Shown one piece after another: positions 1 through 15,000 of a stretch of 64,000 bases of DNA. The DNA comes from Lingula anatina. Lineage: Eukaryota > Animalia > Brachiopoda. The DNA lies in the NCBI GenBank assembly GCA_051362555.1, contig CM120645.1:4092001-4156000 (forward strand), written 5' to 3'. The translations under genes and the position numbers were made by a program. The notes beneath the pieces are model-generated. The model did no database searches. It saw only the letters and a list, made by a program, of their open reading frames with translations, and was not told where the DNA came from. The first letter of the stretch is position 1; each line of letters opens with the position of its first letter.

Positions 1-3000
1 TCCTCTTCGCCCTTTTCCTACACGACTCAAGCGATTCCCAACGCTGGAGCACAAGACAAGTAGTTACTTTGAGACTGATCAACTGAGTTACTTTTCCGAG
101 CCCCTTGCCGCCGTTGTGATTGTTGGCTGTATATCTTTAGTTTTGGAAGTTACCCGAGGAATATCATATGAAAAGGAAACGGGACTAAAAGTAAGTGTAT
201 ACGATGGAAAGTGTACGAAAAATAACATTTGGTTACCTGTGTCTACAAAGGGTTCTGCCAATCTCCTAAAACAATTAAAATTATCGCCTTTCTATTTCAC
301 GGTTCTAGTCGGGAAGAACAAATTACAACTTGCATACAGCAATATATACATTTGTAAATATATTTGATATATTTAACATGTGGAGCTTAGTTTTAAAAGC
401 AAGTAGCGTGCGAAAAGGATAAATAATGTGATGATCTATAATTTTCCCAAAGAACAGCAACAAAGGTTTATACAGTGTAAGTAATGGTAGAGTGACTGGC
501 TTCAAATTACGGTATTAAACAGCCAAATAAAGGCATCCACGTGGCTGTTAAGTTGATCCAATAGGATAGTGTGATAAAACAATTTTGGATAGATTGCATA
601 CAACGCCATCCACCTTTTTGATCACTTGGAATTATGTTGTTTTATATATAGGTTCTTTTGAAAACGTGTGGCGTGCCAGACAAGGCATATTGGCTCTCTT
701 GGTTCTTGTACTGGAGCATACCATACGTCATCATGATGGTCGTGTTGTCAATACTATTTCTATCTGCTGGTTCGAGTGAAGATGGTGGCAGCCTGGCCAC
801 CATCATAAACCAATATGTTGTGTTTCTGTTCCTCTTGCTATACGCCATATCGACCATCTTATTGTGCTTTGTGTGCAGCTTAGTTAACTCTACAGGTAAG
901 TGTTACTAGACATGCCATCCTATTTGAATAAAATATGTTATCATGGAGATGAAGTAAGAACATACAATATTTATTAGATAAAAGCATTTAAAATGATATC
1001 TGGATTTACTTCAGTTTTACTGCCCTATTCAACTTTATGATTTAGTTCTTTTGATAAAAGCTAAACTGTACTTATTAGGTGACCATTAGCTTTGATTTAG
1101 ATATTTTAAAAAGAATCCATGATACTTATAATTTTTATATTTTTACAGTTGTAATACTCTGTAATAATTGTAATAATCTGTAATACATACGTAATACATA
1201 GGCCATTATAATTTTCATTCTTTAAAGTTGCCGCCATAGCGCTATTCATGGTGGTGTACCTTGTCCCCGCCTGTCTAAGCACACCGTTATTTTACGAATT
1301 CATGTCGAAATCACAAAAACTGGCAATGTGTTTACTGCCAAACTTTGCTCTCAAGATGGGCGCTTTGCAGATCCTCATCTACTGCCGCTCTCCACTGAAC
1401 GGAGGTAAGAATAATCGTATATCAACAGTTAAGGTATTTTAACCTGCCCCCATCCGAGCAGGCCTTCACAATCCGTTGACGTATATATTATCTTTATTCT
1501 TTGGTTCACTTTTTGCAAATGAACACTTTCCGATGCGGATTCTGTTAGGTCCGGATTTGTAGTTTTCCACTGAATATGAAATGGACGTGACGAATGTTCC
1601 GTGCAAAAATACATATACTAGTACCCGTGGATCTCAAAGATTTCTCCCTTTATTAAAATGATTGTCCTGCCACATGTACCTACATACAGGGGAGGGGGGG
1701 GTCCAGAAGTAAGTTGAGTACGTGGGTAAGTCAATGATATTTAATTTCTTTTCTTGTGAAATTACCAGACGTATATTCTAAATAACATGTTCATGGAGAA
1801 ACTGCGCCCTGGGGTTTCTTAATTGGCGCAATTTATACACACTAAAATCAGGGCATTCAATAGCTCAGTACATTGGTCATATTTTTGAAAAATCGACATG
1901 TCATATTTTCCAGTGTTCATTTCACGCTTTTCAAATGATCGAGATGCATGTTCTGACATATTTTAATTTCTCTTTTTTTCTTTATATTATCTACATGTAG
2001 GCCTACGCTGGGATAATATAATGCAGCACACGACATTTGGTGACAACTTTTCCATTGGGGAGGTCTTAATTGCCTTTGCCGCGGACATTATGCTATTCAT
2101 GTTGATAACATGGTATTTCAGCAAGGTGTTTCCAGGTCCAGGGGGAGTTCCGAAACCGTGGCTGTTTCCTTTCGAGGTAATTTGTCTTGGTATTATCAAT
2201 GTTAAAGTTATACAAGTAGCTCTCTTATTGGCAAACAAAATGGGTGAATTATTGGCGTTACGGTTAGATTTCCAGTGTTATTCTCTCAAGGGTTTTAGAT
2301 AAGGTTAATTCAGGGTTTATAAAAAACGCTGTTGAAATTTCCAGATATATCTTTTGTGCTAACCATCATTGCTTTCTGTTAATCTTTTTAGAATTCTTCT
2401 TGGGCTGATCCTTCTATTTTGACAATATCCTGGAATATTGAATAAGTTTCTGTATTGTCGTCAATGTAACTCCATTCCAAAACAAAATTACAAAATTAAA
2501 AATTTTTAGTGGCTTATGCGGAATCGAAAGAAGCAGAAAGTTGGTCAAGCGCCATTTTCATCAATACAGCAGGAGGAGGGAAGTGCTACGGAGAGCTTTC
2601 AAACTGAACGCCTACCATGGATGTCGCTGTTAAGACTGACTAAGGTATCTTTTCTTTTTTCTACATTTTAGTTTTTCTCCTAAAGGGCAGTGGCATGTAA
2701 CATTATGCCCAAACAAAATACTCTTTGAAACGTATAATGTAATGTAGTGTATTGAAAGAGGGTTCTTCCCTTTGTCAAATGGAGAAAAAATGCATCAATT
2801 TATCCCAAATATTCTCCGCAACAATCATGCATATTGCAACAATACTCATGAAAGTGCATGTTCTTTATTACTCCATCATAAGGTTTACGGAAAGCGAAAT
2901 GTTGTCAACAATGTGACCCTGGACTTGTTTGAAGGCGAGACATTGGCTCTATTGGGTGGAAATGCTTCGGGGAAGTCGACACTTCTGCAGATGATTACAG

Positions 3001-6000
3001 GTAGGGTATTGAGGTCGGTCTTTTTTTTTTTTTTTTTTTTTTTTGCAAACATACTTTTGACATTGCCATTTTCATAACTTCATTTCAAGTCAATGGGACC
3101 TCACTTGCAGATCTAACTTGGAGTTAGGAACTGCAAATAAAATTGAGATGGCCCAATGCGTATATATACCGCATACTAAAAAATAACACTTGTGTGATTT
3201 CTTTTGTCTTATTAACTGATTTTTTCAGGTTTGCTCCAGCCTACGTCTGGAAGTATTCACGTGTGCCCCGGCTCAGCACCAAAAGATATCTCAGCCATTA
3301 GGGATCGTATCGGTCTGTGCAGACAGCAGTCGGCGTTGTTTGATTTTCTCACTGTGGAACAGCATCTGGTGTTTATTGCTAAGGTGAGATATGCCAGTTT
3401 GGCACCGTAAATACAAGCATACTACAAAACGTATTACGTGTGTGGTTCAGTTATAGAAATCACGGCCTATGTGCAATGTTTTAATATTCCAGATGATGCA
3501 TAGCTTTCCTTGCAATCTATTACAAGTGACTACTTGTTGATTCCTCTCTCTCTCTCTCTTTTACACACACACACACACACACAACATACAGCCACTTCAA
3601 CAGGCTGAATTTTAACAGTCGTTATGGTTTTTTGCATTTATTTTCAGCTTCGCCGTATGGAAAGCCAAGATATAAAAGTACAGCTAAGCCATCTTCTGGA
3701 CTTGCTGAATCTAGAAAACAATCGTTATACAAGAGTGAAATTTCTCTCCACTGTCTCAAAGAGCGCCCTTTCTTTGGCTTTGTCGCTTATGGGAAACCCG
3801 AAGGTAGGTCTTTTGGTTGAAAGTGAATGACGTCGTTAATGACATCGTCATTTGACGTAAGGCATTATCACAAATGCAAAGACGAGGATGTTTTTGGTTT
3901 GACGTTTGAGAAGTAAGAGAGTATTTAATGACTTTTTGCTAGTATTCTTTAGGTTTTTGAGAGTATTTCATGAAGTTTTCTCATCAGTTTATCAGGCAAA
4001 TAAATGGGACCTTATCTGTACAAAACCTAGTATCCTGTCTAGGCTTGTTAATAGTCCCTTACCTACACTGGTCTATCGTTTCATTGTGTGAAAAGCTCCA
4101 GTGGCCAGACAATTTTCACGGTGCCATGAAGATGAACAGTTAAAAAATATCCACAATAAATTCGGCAACCGTAGGATGCGCCAACATATAGATAATTGTG
4201 ATAGTATTTATGCCAAAACATCAAAATGAATAGCCCTGCCGTTCCAATCGGCAATCCTCGACTGTCGAGTGCGGAGACATCCGAGTAGTTCCAAGTGCTG
4301 CCGTTCTACCCTTTAAACCAATCAAAGCAACGGAAAGGGGTCACGTGATCACTTGACCTACATCTGATCGATGTAAACAATGAATTTCCATGCGAAGCTT
4401 GCACATTTAATAGATGATTCCCATGCGTTGTTTCAATAAAAAAAATACGTCCTAGGTTTTTAAAATCGATGTCAATATCGAGAGAAAGATTTAAATAGTT
4501 GGAAAATACGTGTATTTTAGGTGTATTTATATAATTGGCTAAATGATGACGTGAATTCACGGCAAAAAGGTATGTAGTATAGCCCGTAGACTGTGCACTG
4601 TACCACTTCTACAATCGCACACAGGTCACACTATTACCCAATATAGTGATCATATAATCACTTGCATGTATGTTCAGTAATGTTACATTGAATGCATTTT
4701 AAATTCTCAGGTGTGTTAAAGCGCATATAATCACTTAAAATTATTTGACTCAATATTTTACACTGATAAATAGTATAAATCCATGTGTAGAGTTACAAAC
4801 TAGGTATCATGCGGACTGTCTGTTTATGAAGCTGGCAAGTGCTCAAAAAATTATTTCAAAAATATATAAGTGCTTCACTAGGTAGAATAATTGAGTTTTT
4901 TATGTTCAAGTTTATCTTTAAATTGCAGAGGTACAATTTTTAAAGAAGTTTAATTGTTGCAATTAATTGCAGCATTGTCTAGTAATAACAGCATATTAAA
5001 AGAAATAACAGCTCACATTTAACAAGGCTTTTATGATATATATAATATATTTTTCCAACTTAATTATTTCAACTGTGAAATTATAACTTTCTACATTTCT
5101 TGTGCATATCTGAAAAAGATTAATAAAATGCCATTCGAACAGGTACACTTAAAGTTTTGCAAATGGATTTTAGGTCTAAGAAAGCAGGCTAGCAATACCA
5201 TTTTTAGAGCTAAGCTTGGCAGTTACCCTATTATTTCAACTATAACTAAACCTGTCTAAAGATTAGTCTTAGACTGGAACAACTACTAGTAGATAATAGA
5301 ACTGTAAATCAGGTGCACAGTCTTGAGCAAGATACAAAGGGAAACACATGGACAGAATCTATCCGAAGATAACAACCCACCAAAGAAATTATATCAAATA
5401 GAAAACCTTTTAGAAATATTGAACAAAAAAATCGAAAAACACTTCTGGCAGGAATTAAATAGCTCAATCTCAAACAAATTAAGGACATACAAAACAATAA
5501 AAAAAATATTATGAATGTGAAAATTACATCAAAATGAGTGTCTCCCCATTAAATATCAAAACACTTGCAAAAATTAGACTAAGTGACCACAACTTTTTTT
5601 TTACAAATAATGCAGATAGCTGGCAGCACTGGTGACTTTGATATACCAAACCCTGAGACTGATCTCAATTTCTTGGGAGATGGACCTTGTATTTTGGGAA
5701 GAGTACAACTGGTTGATGGTTCTGTAAAAGAAGCAAAATAACATTTTACTTTTCATACCATATATATTAGTGCATTATAATGTGCAGATACTGACTACTA
5801 CAGAAACAGCTTTAACGTTGGATAAATATCCAAGTGGGTGTAACAAAGATATGTAAAAATAGTAATGTGCTCAAAATTCAGTTATAAAAACAGTTGCCCT
5901 GTATAAATAAAAAGACAACATAGAATACATATTTCAAATAAAAACATCTGGATACCTGGATACACAAATGATTTAGCAAATACAGAGCAGACCGCAAATC

Positions 6001-9000
6001 CTTGATTGTTGCAAGTGCAATTGTATATACAATCACTATGATTTAACTATAAAATAAATAAATAATAATGAAATAAGATAAGACAGTCGCATGTGAGTTT
6101 ATCACATGATTGACACCAAGTGATATTAACAACTATAATTACATATATCCTCATGATTCAAAGGGCATAGGGTAGGTATAGGATTCAATGTATTAGTGGC
6201 TCAGCATGTTCCTTTTATGAGGAACTAAGCTGTAACAAACCATAGGCAAATGAGACCCACTGTTTAATATTTGTTGCAACTAAGACAAATAAATCAAGTT
6301 TAAAGATCTAATAATTAATAGGGAGCCCACTAGCATTCTGCTGCCCAGATTAATATCAGATGCCTTGAATAAAAGTGACTCTTCTCTTTAAACTGAACTA
6401 CATCTACCAGTCACCCTACTCATTATAATTATTCCTTAATTGATACTGTTTGTCAACGTATTTCTTTATTGATACTATTTATGTATACCTTTACTGATTT
6501 TATTCATAAGGGAAAGCTACAAGGATTATTCCTAACAGTCCTAATTAAATTAATCACATTGCAGCTTGTTCTGTGAAAAGCTATCCTACTTTTTCTGGCT
6601 CACAAGATACAGTAAATATTCCCTAAAATACATTCTCATTGAAGTTGGGCTTAGCCTATACATATTTATATTCACTAATGGTTGCACATGTGCAGCAATG
6701 TAACTGGGGGGGAGGAACACTCCACAAATAACATAAAAGATTCTACCATGATACTTAAGCCTCTGTCTCATAAAATCCCACCATAACATTTGTTTGTATA
6801 TCTTAATTGTTGTGTGAAGCCTTACATTATTTTGTGTAAATGAAATGCTAATATGGATGAACTAATAATGAGATGTTAATCATGGCAAGAACATACAGCT
6901 AGCTTAGGCTGTATTCCCAGAGCTTTTAGATTGATCTGTCCCCGCGGGGAGTCTCACTAGATTACTGTCAGATAATCCGGCTTAAATGTCCGTCCCGCCT
7001 ACTACAAGCTGTAAGGGGGTATTTAACTTTCGTGTCCGCCCCACTGACAGCTGTTTAGCTTGAACCCCTAAAGTAGATATATCTAATCTCTGGAAATGGG
7101 GTCTTATTCAACAGAGAATGAGTTGTTTCATATCTTAAAACCTCTAAGTATTTACAAATAAAATAATAATGACACTAATAAACTTTTTTATCATTTTCTT
7201 TTTTTTTTCTTTCTTTCATATCACTTTTATCAGTCACATATTGTTATGTAACATCAGCCACGTACAATGTAAACATCACACGATCAGGGCTGATTTAAAA
7301 ACAAATTACAATATGTTGACATACCTTCTTCAGCAGGACTGCCTTGTTTCTCAGCTTTCTCATACTTCTTTGCCGCCTGAGATAGCCCCTTCTTGTTAGT
7401 TAGCTTTCTGTAGCAAGAAAAGTGACATCGTGGTTTGGCTTCCAAATCGTCGAATCCTTTATCTAAATCCGTACTGTACGGATCCACTGAACAGCAGCGG
7501 CTTCTCTGCTGCCAAATTTCCGCCATTGTTTCGCTGCGACTCTAAAATTTTCCCAGCGAACACGTGTGATAGTATCTACAGTCTCTTAATTAGCTACCTT
7601 CTTCTATGTGCATGCAACACGAAAGATGAGAATTTGGCGAAGATTTCGCGTCTCCCTCCTCAGACTCTTCATTACAGCCGACCATGCTGCTTTGTTTACA
7701 TGGCATGGCCTGGTGGGAAGGTGACGTGACCCCCTTTCCGTTGCTTTGATTGGTTAATCTGATCTGAATCTGATTAAAAGGCTCGAACGGCGGGGCTATT
7801 CATTTTGATGTTTCGGCATAAATACTACCGCAATTATCTTTATGTTGCCGCACCTCTTGGTTGCCGAATTTATTGTGGATATTCTTTTACTGTTTATCTT
7901 AATGCACCGTGAAAATTGTTTGGCCACATAACATATTGAAGGAAAGAGCTTTTCTAAACGCTTTTATGCATATCAGGTGGGGGACTATAAGGCTTACATT
8001 CGTACTTCACCCAGGGGCATGTCAAAAGGTTATATTATTTCAGGTAATAGCTTTAGACGAACCGACTCAAAATATGGACCCGTGCATGCGACACCGTGCA
8101 TGGGAGGCCATTAACCAGTCTAAGCAAGCGGGTTCTGTGATAGTTCTCAGTACACAGAGTATGCAAGAGGCGGAGGCCCTGGCTGACCGCATTGGGGTTC
8201 TAAGGAAGGGATCTCTAGTGGCTTGTGGCACCATAGCGGAGTTAGAGGAAAAATATGGTAGGATGTTGCTAATGTTCACCATGATCTCAAGTGTGGAATA
8301 TAAATCGGGTGTGGTTCTTTGTTAGCAAAATGAAGAACACGTATGCAAATGTTGCGTTTACATCGAGGATAGGACGTTCCTTCTTGATTCGATCATCTTC
8401 CGCTGGGCCGTTTGATGAAGCTAAGGTGCAATGTAGCAATTACAGTGCAACTTTTGTCCTGAGATCGTCATCAGTATAAACACGACTGCATGCGCGCTAG
8501 TGGTCAAGATGTGACATTACAGCACTGGGGTTGCTCCTTATGATTCTCTGTATCATCTTACCAAATCTTACCTCATCAAATCTAGCGCAATCAAGTCAGT
8601 CCCGAAACTCTCCGGGGTCGCGGTAGTGCTGCGTTGTAGAATATTGCACCATCTGTCCCCCACTGGCGGTCATGTCCGAGGGTTTAAGACCTGACCAAGG
8701 TCTACCAAGTCCATTAACCAGTACTGTTTCTTGAAACACCCGATTGCTTCTTCTTCTCTCAGTAACTTAGGGGTGATACTTGATGGGCCACTGTCTCTTG
8801 TTGTATTTTCCATATCTGTGAATCTGCCCTTTTTTACTACGGTCAGAACGATAAACAACGCAACAAACAGTATAATATTTACTTTATTTTATTTCGTTAT
8901 GTTTTATTTCAGAAAGAACGTACGTTCTGCGTTTGGTGAAAACCAACTTTTGTCGATCTGAAACAATTAAACAGCTAATTGAAGACGGTATAGAAGGTGC

Positions 9001-12000
9001 ACGAATTATGTCAGAAACAGAGTCCGAGATAAGAATTTCATTACCGAGATCCCAATCACCGAAGTTTGCAGCAGTTTTCGAGCAATTGGAAGAAGAAAAA
9101 GCTGCCTTTGGAGTGTCTTCGTTTGGAATAAGCCTTGCAACCCTTGATGAATTATATTTACGGTACTTGAATAATAATTACTTTTGTCTGAAATAGTGTT
9201 CCTACTTTTAAACGCTCTGCCTGTATTGAACATGGAATTTTAAGTATTTGTCAAGTTTCAGTGTTCTCGCGTTTGTACATTTTGTACATTCTTGCATCGA
9301 AAACTATTTGTGTACACATGTTGAATCAGATTATGTTTAGTCCTTTTCCTCGAACGAAAATAAATATTATGCTATCATCTTGTCATTTAAGATACATGAA
9401 AATATACAATATAAATGTATATCTGTTGTGAAAATCTTTCTTGACTAGAATTGCTAGGGAATCTGAGATGAAAACCACCTCGGCTAGTACCACTTCCTTT
9501 GATTTAACACAGAGTGGATCCCGGCTTCTCACGCGTAAGTACACGGCAGACAAAATGATGAGGCTGCTGCTGATAATGATGACGATGATGCTGATAAAGA
9601 TGATGATGATGATGATGATGATGATGGTCGTTTGGAATCTAGAATTTTCTTGCAGACCGCCACTCCTGTGGAAGTTCTGCAAATGGTGCCAATACATATA
9701 ACGTTCATTCTTATGAGCAATTTTTCAAAAAGGGAATGGACTGGAAAAAATAAAATATATGCTCAGCGTACAGCAATTTATTATTTTACTGTATTTGATG
9801 TATTACCTATTATATGCAACATAACCCAGATAGTTTTCGTGGATTTAAGTCAAAGGTGCCCAGCGTAAGATTTCCTCGTGAAATATTCATACTCAAACCC
9901 CCTTTACACTGGACGGCGTCCTTTCTGCGTCTATCGTGCGACCATGAAGCTGGCATCACTGTGGTCGTAGAAAGGTGAAACAAGCATTGCTTAGGGTGCA
10001 GATAGAATGCTCAATGGTCAGCCAGTTGTCGGCATGTACAGAACAGGGCTGTAATATAGAAGGCAGAAAGGACGCCGTCCAGTGTAAAGGGAGCTTTAAG
10101 CACTGATTTCCCAGAGAGTGAACGGTATTTTTCTAAGACTATAACCATTATTTAATCCATCTTTCCTGATACTCGCCGCAATTCTCTACCAGTCTGAGGA
10201 AATAAAAAAATAAGCGTATTTGTTTTAAAATTTCACCATAACTTTCAGTACTCACTTCCATATTTCGCGCGATTCTAAATTGTGGCAGGCAACAGGAGTT
10301 CGTCAAGAAGTGATGAACTGAATTCTTTTTGGCGACATTAATTCAAGGCCTTTAACTGTTTAAATGTTTAAGAAATATCACTTATCTTTAGATAAGTTCA
10401 GTTCGATGTGTTTTTTGTTTTTCATGTAAAGTGAAAAAACGTGTTTAAAATCATACGCTTTGTTACATTAAGGTACAATGTAACGCATTTCTCACTTACG
10501 ATTAATATATGCAACACACAGCCGATTTACCTAAACTTGCGTTCCTCATTTCTCAGGGAAAAAGCTGGGTCGGCGCAAGTTCAGAATACTTCCTTTGGGT
10601 TTGGTCCACCAGCTGCACGAGTTTTTCAGCATGTTCTGCGTCCATGCACTGGTCTCGTGGCGCAGACGTTGGCTCACGTGCTCCCAAATTATACTACTGG
10701 TGATCGTCGCTTTGCTGACCTCCTGCAACCCTGAAGGCTTCTCTCAGTCCGCTCTGGCTGGTCTTATAGCTGGTAACAGCATAGATCTTCCAATTACCAT
10801 CCACGTAATGAATAGTACATCCAAAGATCCTTTCATCGCGACAGTGGAAACTGATGACTCTCCATGGTCAAAGAACATCTCAAGGCTGTACAGAAAAGTG
10901 GTGGCCACGGTTACCAAGTCTCCATCATGGAACCAAACTGTGGACCAATTCTTGCTGGACACGCAGCGTAAAATCGACTCGGTCCAGTTTGCAAATGAGT
11001 ATATGATTGGAGTAAGCTATGAAATTGACGAAGATGGATACCACATAAGCACGGGGCTTTACAACGGCTACGCCTATCATAGCATGCCACTAGCGCTCAA
11101 CCTTGTCAACAACGCCTTGCTGAGGTACCTTGCCGGTGACGAGTACTCCATATCGGTCAACAACCACCCTCTGCCATCGTATAGTCGCCACATGGATAAC
11201 GATCTAATGGATGGCGAAGATGACGACAGTGGAAATGATTCATGGAAGTGGTGGCCCCCTTTGATCAGCGTGACTTACACGTGCATTTTCCTGTTTGTGA
11301 TGTCGGCACTTCTTGGCTCCTTCGCTATCAGCCCTGTTGAGGAACGCACCAACGAGACCAAGCTTCTGCTCTTCGTGTCCGGCTCAACGGGTATGACGTA
11401 CTGGTTGTCCAGATGTTGTTGGGATATAATGATCTATTCGGTACCTGTCATATCGGTGATTGGTTTGGTATTAGCTGGACAGACATGGCCCTTGTACATA
11501 GCCGACAGACAACAAAAAACACTAATCATTCTGGTAGTGCTTTTCGGATGGGCCACTCTGCCACTGACCTACTTGCTGTCGTTTAAATTTGAAACTGGTC
11601 TGAAGGCCTCGACGTACATCATGATTACGTTTACAACAATAGGTAAGTTCATTTTTATTCCCATGTTTTGATTTCCACAAAGACGTATAAGCTCCCCCTT
11701 TTGAAACTAAATTGAAATGCTAAGACCCAAATATGTAATGTGTGTGAGCACCCACTCAGTAGATTTATTTCATAGAGTTCCTACCGAAAATCCCGCTTTT
11801 ATATGAAACAATCATGATAGACTCACATTTAGAACGTTGCTCTCGTTAAAACAAGTAAATTTCAACCCGACGTAGTTTTGTAAGTCAAGTCCGTATTTTC
11901 TACATACATTTTTTACTTCAAGCATCGTATATGGGCTATCTTTGTTACATGCTCATTTCACAATTTAAAATCGTAAATAAATCCTTATTCGGACAGATGT

Positions 12001-15000
12001 CGCTCCAATAAGATTTCCTGTTTTAAAGGCGCTTATTCTGTCGTCCTGGAAGCTTTCCTCCTTTACATCCTCCCATACCGACTACTTGACGTGGTGGATA
12101 TGGTGACGTCATTTTCCTATCCGGAAATAACGGGCTGGATCTTCTCAGTGTTGTTTCCTCCCTTCAACTTGGTTGGCGGGCTGTTGAACTTCTATATCAA
12201 TGACTATAACTCGCGGTACTGTCTCCATAGCAACACAACTATGAGCCACATTCAGTGCAATTTAAGTAAGTACTGAAGGCAGGTATAGAACTAATGGTTG
12301 TAAAAGTCAATGACAATTGACCTTTTTAAGTTTGATCTTGAAAGCACGAAACTTTCAGATAAAAAATTCAGGCTTCTTTGTCCCGTTATTATCATTATTA
12401 TTATTTTTAATGGTACATGTACAATGTAGTCCTAAAAGTTAATGCATGCATGGTCTTTTTTAATCAAAGGACTATTTTGCAGTTTCAAACCACTATTTAC
12501 CTTATTCAGATAGACTATTATAGGGGAGGAGACCTAAGTCTGAACCCAACCTCCACTGATGATACACAACACAAACAGTGATTTCATAAAGATGCCCAGT
12601 CATCTTTATAATTTGCCTTAAGCCCCTATTTCACACAGACCACGAATCCCACGAATCGCCAGGAATTGAAAATTTCAGGATTCGTGGTTGAATCGTAATC
12701 AGTTCGTGAAGTTCTTGCAATTCTTGATCAATCTGGAATTCGTGGCAAAAATTTTGAGCTGTTCAAAGTTTTGGCCACGAACTCCCGATTCCAAAAAATC
12801 GTAGTGAATTTCTGGACAATATTCGTGCGATTCCAACCGAATCCCACGAATATTCGTAACACTATCGCACCTGTATCGTAACTGAATCGTGAGCGTGTCG
12901 AATTAGACCAGAAAATTGACAAAATCTCACGAATCCTCACGAATCCTGAAATTTGTCAATTTTTGGCGATTCGTGGGATTCGTGGTCTGTGTGAAATAGG
13001 GGCCTTAGGTACAGTGCACAGTCATGAAAGGAGAAAAATGTATTTATTTAAGAGGTTAGGCTTTTAAACAAGCGCATTTCACACTTAACTGAGGAAAAAG
13101 TACTAGCATTTTAAATTGAGTATTCTGTATGTTTTTTTTCTGTTTAGGCCGCTGTGTCGAGTGGAATAAAAACCAAACTGCCTTTCCCTTAGAAAACAGA
13201 ACTTTATACTTCTGCATGCCACATGTGAACAACACACTGTCCTTCCAGTATCCAGGCTTCGGAAAACATGCACTCTTTCTCTTCATCCAAGGTTTTGCTT
13301 TCCTTGTCATTTTGATCATCGTTGAAACGCACGTGCTTACCACGTGGTACAAGGTGCGTCAAACAAAAGGCTTTCGGACCTCTATCTCAACCGAGGGTTT
13401 TCAATACTCATACGGAAGTACCAGTCGCAGCTCTAATATGACCAATACGCTCAAAAGCGAACAAAGTAAAATAAAGACTGCCCAGCCCTTGGAAGAGGGT
13501 CCGGTTCAAGTGTCAGTGCGGAAAGGTGAGTCTTATACACTACCCGTCTTATTTATACATTCTAGTATGCCCTGTAGTTCTCTTCTCGCTCTGCATAGCG
13601 ATTAAAAAATTCATTTCTTTTTGCCATTGTAGTTTTCTTAGCTGGAGTATTATATAGCACAAAAATAACCATATAAACGAGTACCAAGATTTCTTTCAGG
13701 CGAAGCTCTTGGAATACTTGGCCTTGATGACCGCGGCAAAGAAACCCTGTTCAGGATGCTCACGGGTGATGTGCTGCCATCTGACGGTACATCATTCCTG
13801 GAAGGTGTGACCTTTGACAGTTATAATGGAAAACAGGTTTGTGCAGTCCTCTGAGAACACATGCTTTCAAGTTACGTATTGAAAAACTGATTTCAAAAGA
13901 CGAAACTATAGTATGTTTATAGTATGTTGTTTATACTGTAGTATGTTTGGCCCAATTATAAACATTAAGTACGACACGAAATCGCACTTCATTGCCAATA
14001 AAGCTTTACAACCTGGCGGTATGGTTGCGTAATTTTGAAATGTGATTTATTATCAATCTTGATGTTAGATTTCTATTTTTGATTACATGTCTGAATAACT
14101 TATAAACTGTAAGATGTGTTTGGCAATTCAAAAGTTGAGTCACGTACATGTACGGAATAATGGCGGGGGATCGTAATGATTAAGTTCAATCCGACGGAAA
14201 TTAAAATTAAAAATTAATTTCAGAAAAGTATCAGCTACGTTATTAAGAATGAAAAAAAAGCAGACAAGGAACATAAAAAGAAAAATGTCGGAAACTCAAT
14301 CAAAATGAGTTTCCGAGCAGGTTTCCAAACAAATGGTTCGGCAATAATTATCTTAAGGGGGACGCAACGAAGTTTTTGCCTCTCACTTCGCCAAATACGC
14401 TTTTATTACAGTGAATCTATATCCATGTATTATATGTGTAATTTTCAAAGTTTTTGAAATTTTAAATGAAACTTTTAAGATCTTCAAGCCGCACAACAAA
14501 AACTTCTCCCTAATCCAGGTCCGCCTCCATGTTGGCTACTGCCCCAAATCGTGCTCTCTGATGGGTGACCTGACGTGTCGAGAGATGCTGTACCTGATTG
14601 GTCGGTTGCGAGGAGTCACAGAAACTGATCTGGAGCATGTGATTGATGACGTCATAGAATGTTGCCTTCTCACCAGTCAGGCCGATGACGTTATAGATAG
14701 TTGCAGGTGAGTTGTATGGTGTGCAAATGTTTTAGGACAAATACAAGGGGCATTTCACATTCCCATTAAAAAGGGAGACGTAAAGTGACACATTTGTCTC
14801 GATTTTATTTTTAATCTTGCTGTTTTAGTCGCGCTCGATGTGAAACATTGCCGCTTGAACTGAGAATTGATGCCTTCTTATCATGGTGCGCAAATGATAT
14901 ATTTGTTTTGATAATTAGTTGCCGAGTTGAACCGTATGTACACCATACCTATTCTTGGCCTTACCAGGTCATCGTCTACGAAGACAGAATTTTCAATGCG

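Larger units (their letters stand above)
4101..7927. mobile_element. Non-autonomous DNA transposon with long (~200-250 bp) imperfect terminal inverted repeats, filling the largest ABCA intron
   Basis: Left gtggccagacaattttcacggtgc...atccacaataaattcggcaacc...catcaaaatgaatagccc...aatcaaagcaacggaaaggggtcacgt (4101-4347) is the reverse complement of acgtgaccccctttccgttgctttgatt...gggctattcattttgatg...ggttgccgaatttattgtggat...gcaccgtgaaaattgtttggccac (7724-7927). No clear TSD; superfamily unassigned. Confidence 0.8.

Noticed and set aside
8373-8425. Candidate ABCA exon (GRSFLIRSSSAGPFDEAK) with AG/GT ends
   Set aside because: It ends in phase 0 and would hit a stop in the 8913 exon; 8257 joins 8913 directly in phase 1.
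8600-8780. Possible tRNA-derived SINE (A/B-box-like text)
   Set aside because: Boxes are poor and there is no second copy in the window.
9656-9685. Possible 30-nt in-phase ABCA micro-exon (HRHSCGSSANG)
   Set aside because: Weak donor (GTGCCA) and not needed for frame; cannot be supported without RNA data.
9383-9720. ORFs with poly-Met/Ile/Ser runs
   Set aside because: Translations of the (GAT)n microsatellite.
12621-13004. CRISPR-like regular short repeats (cacgaat/attcgtg)
   Set aside because: Irregular spacing inside a TIR/TSD-bounded MITE in a eukaryotic intron; no cas genes.
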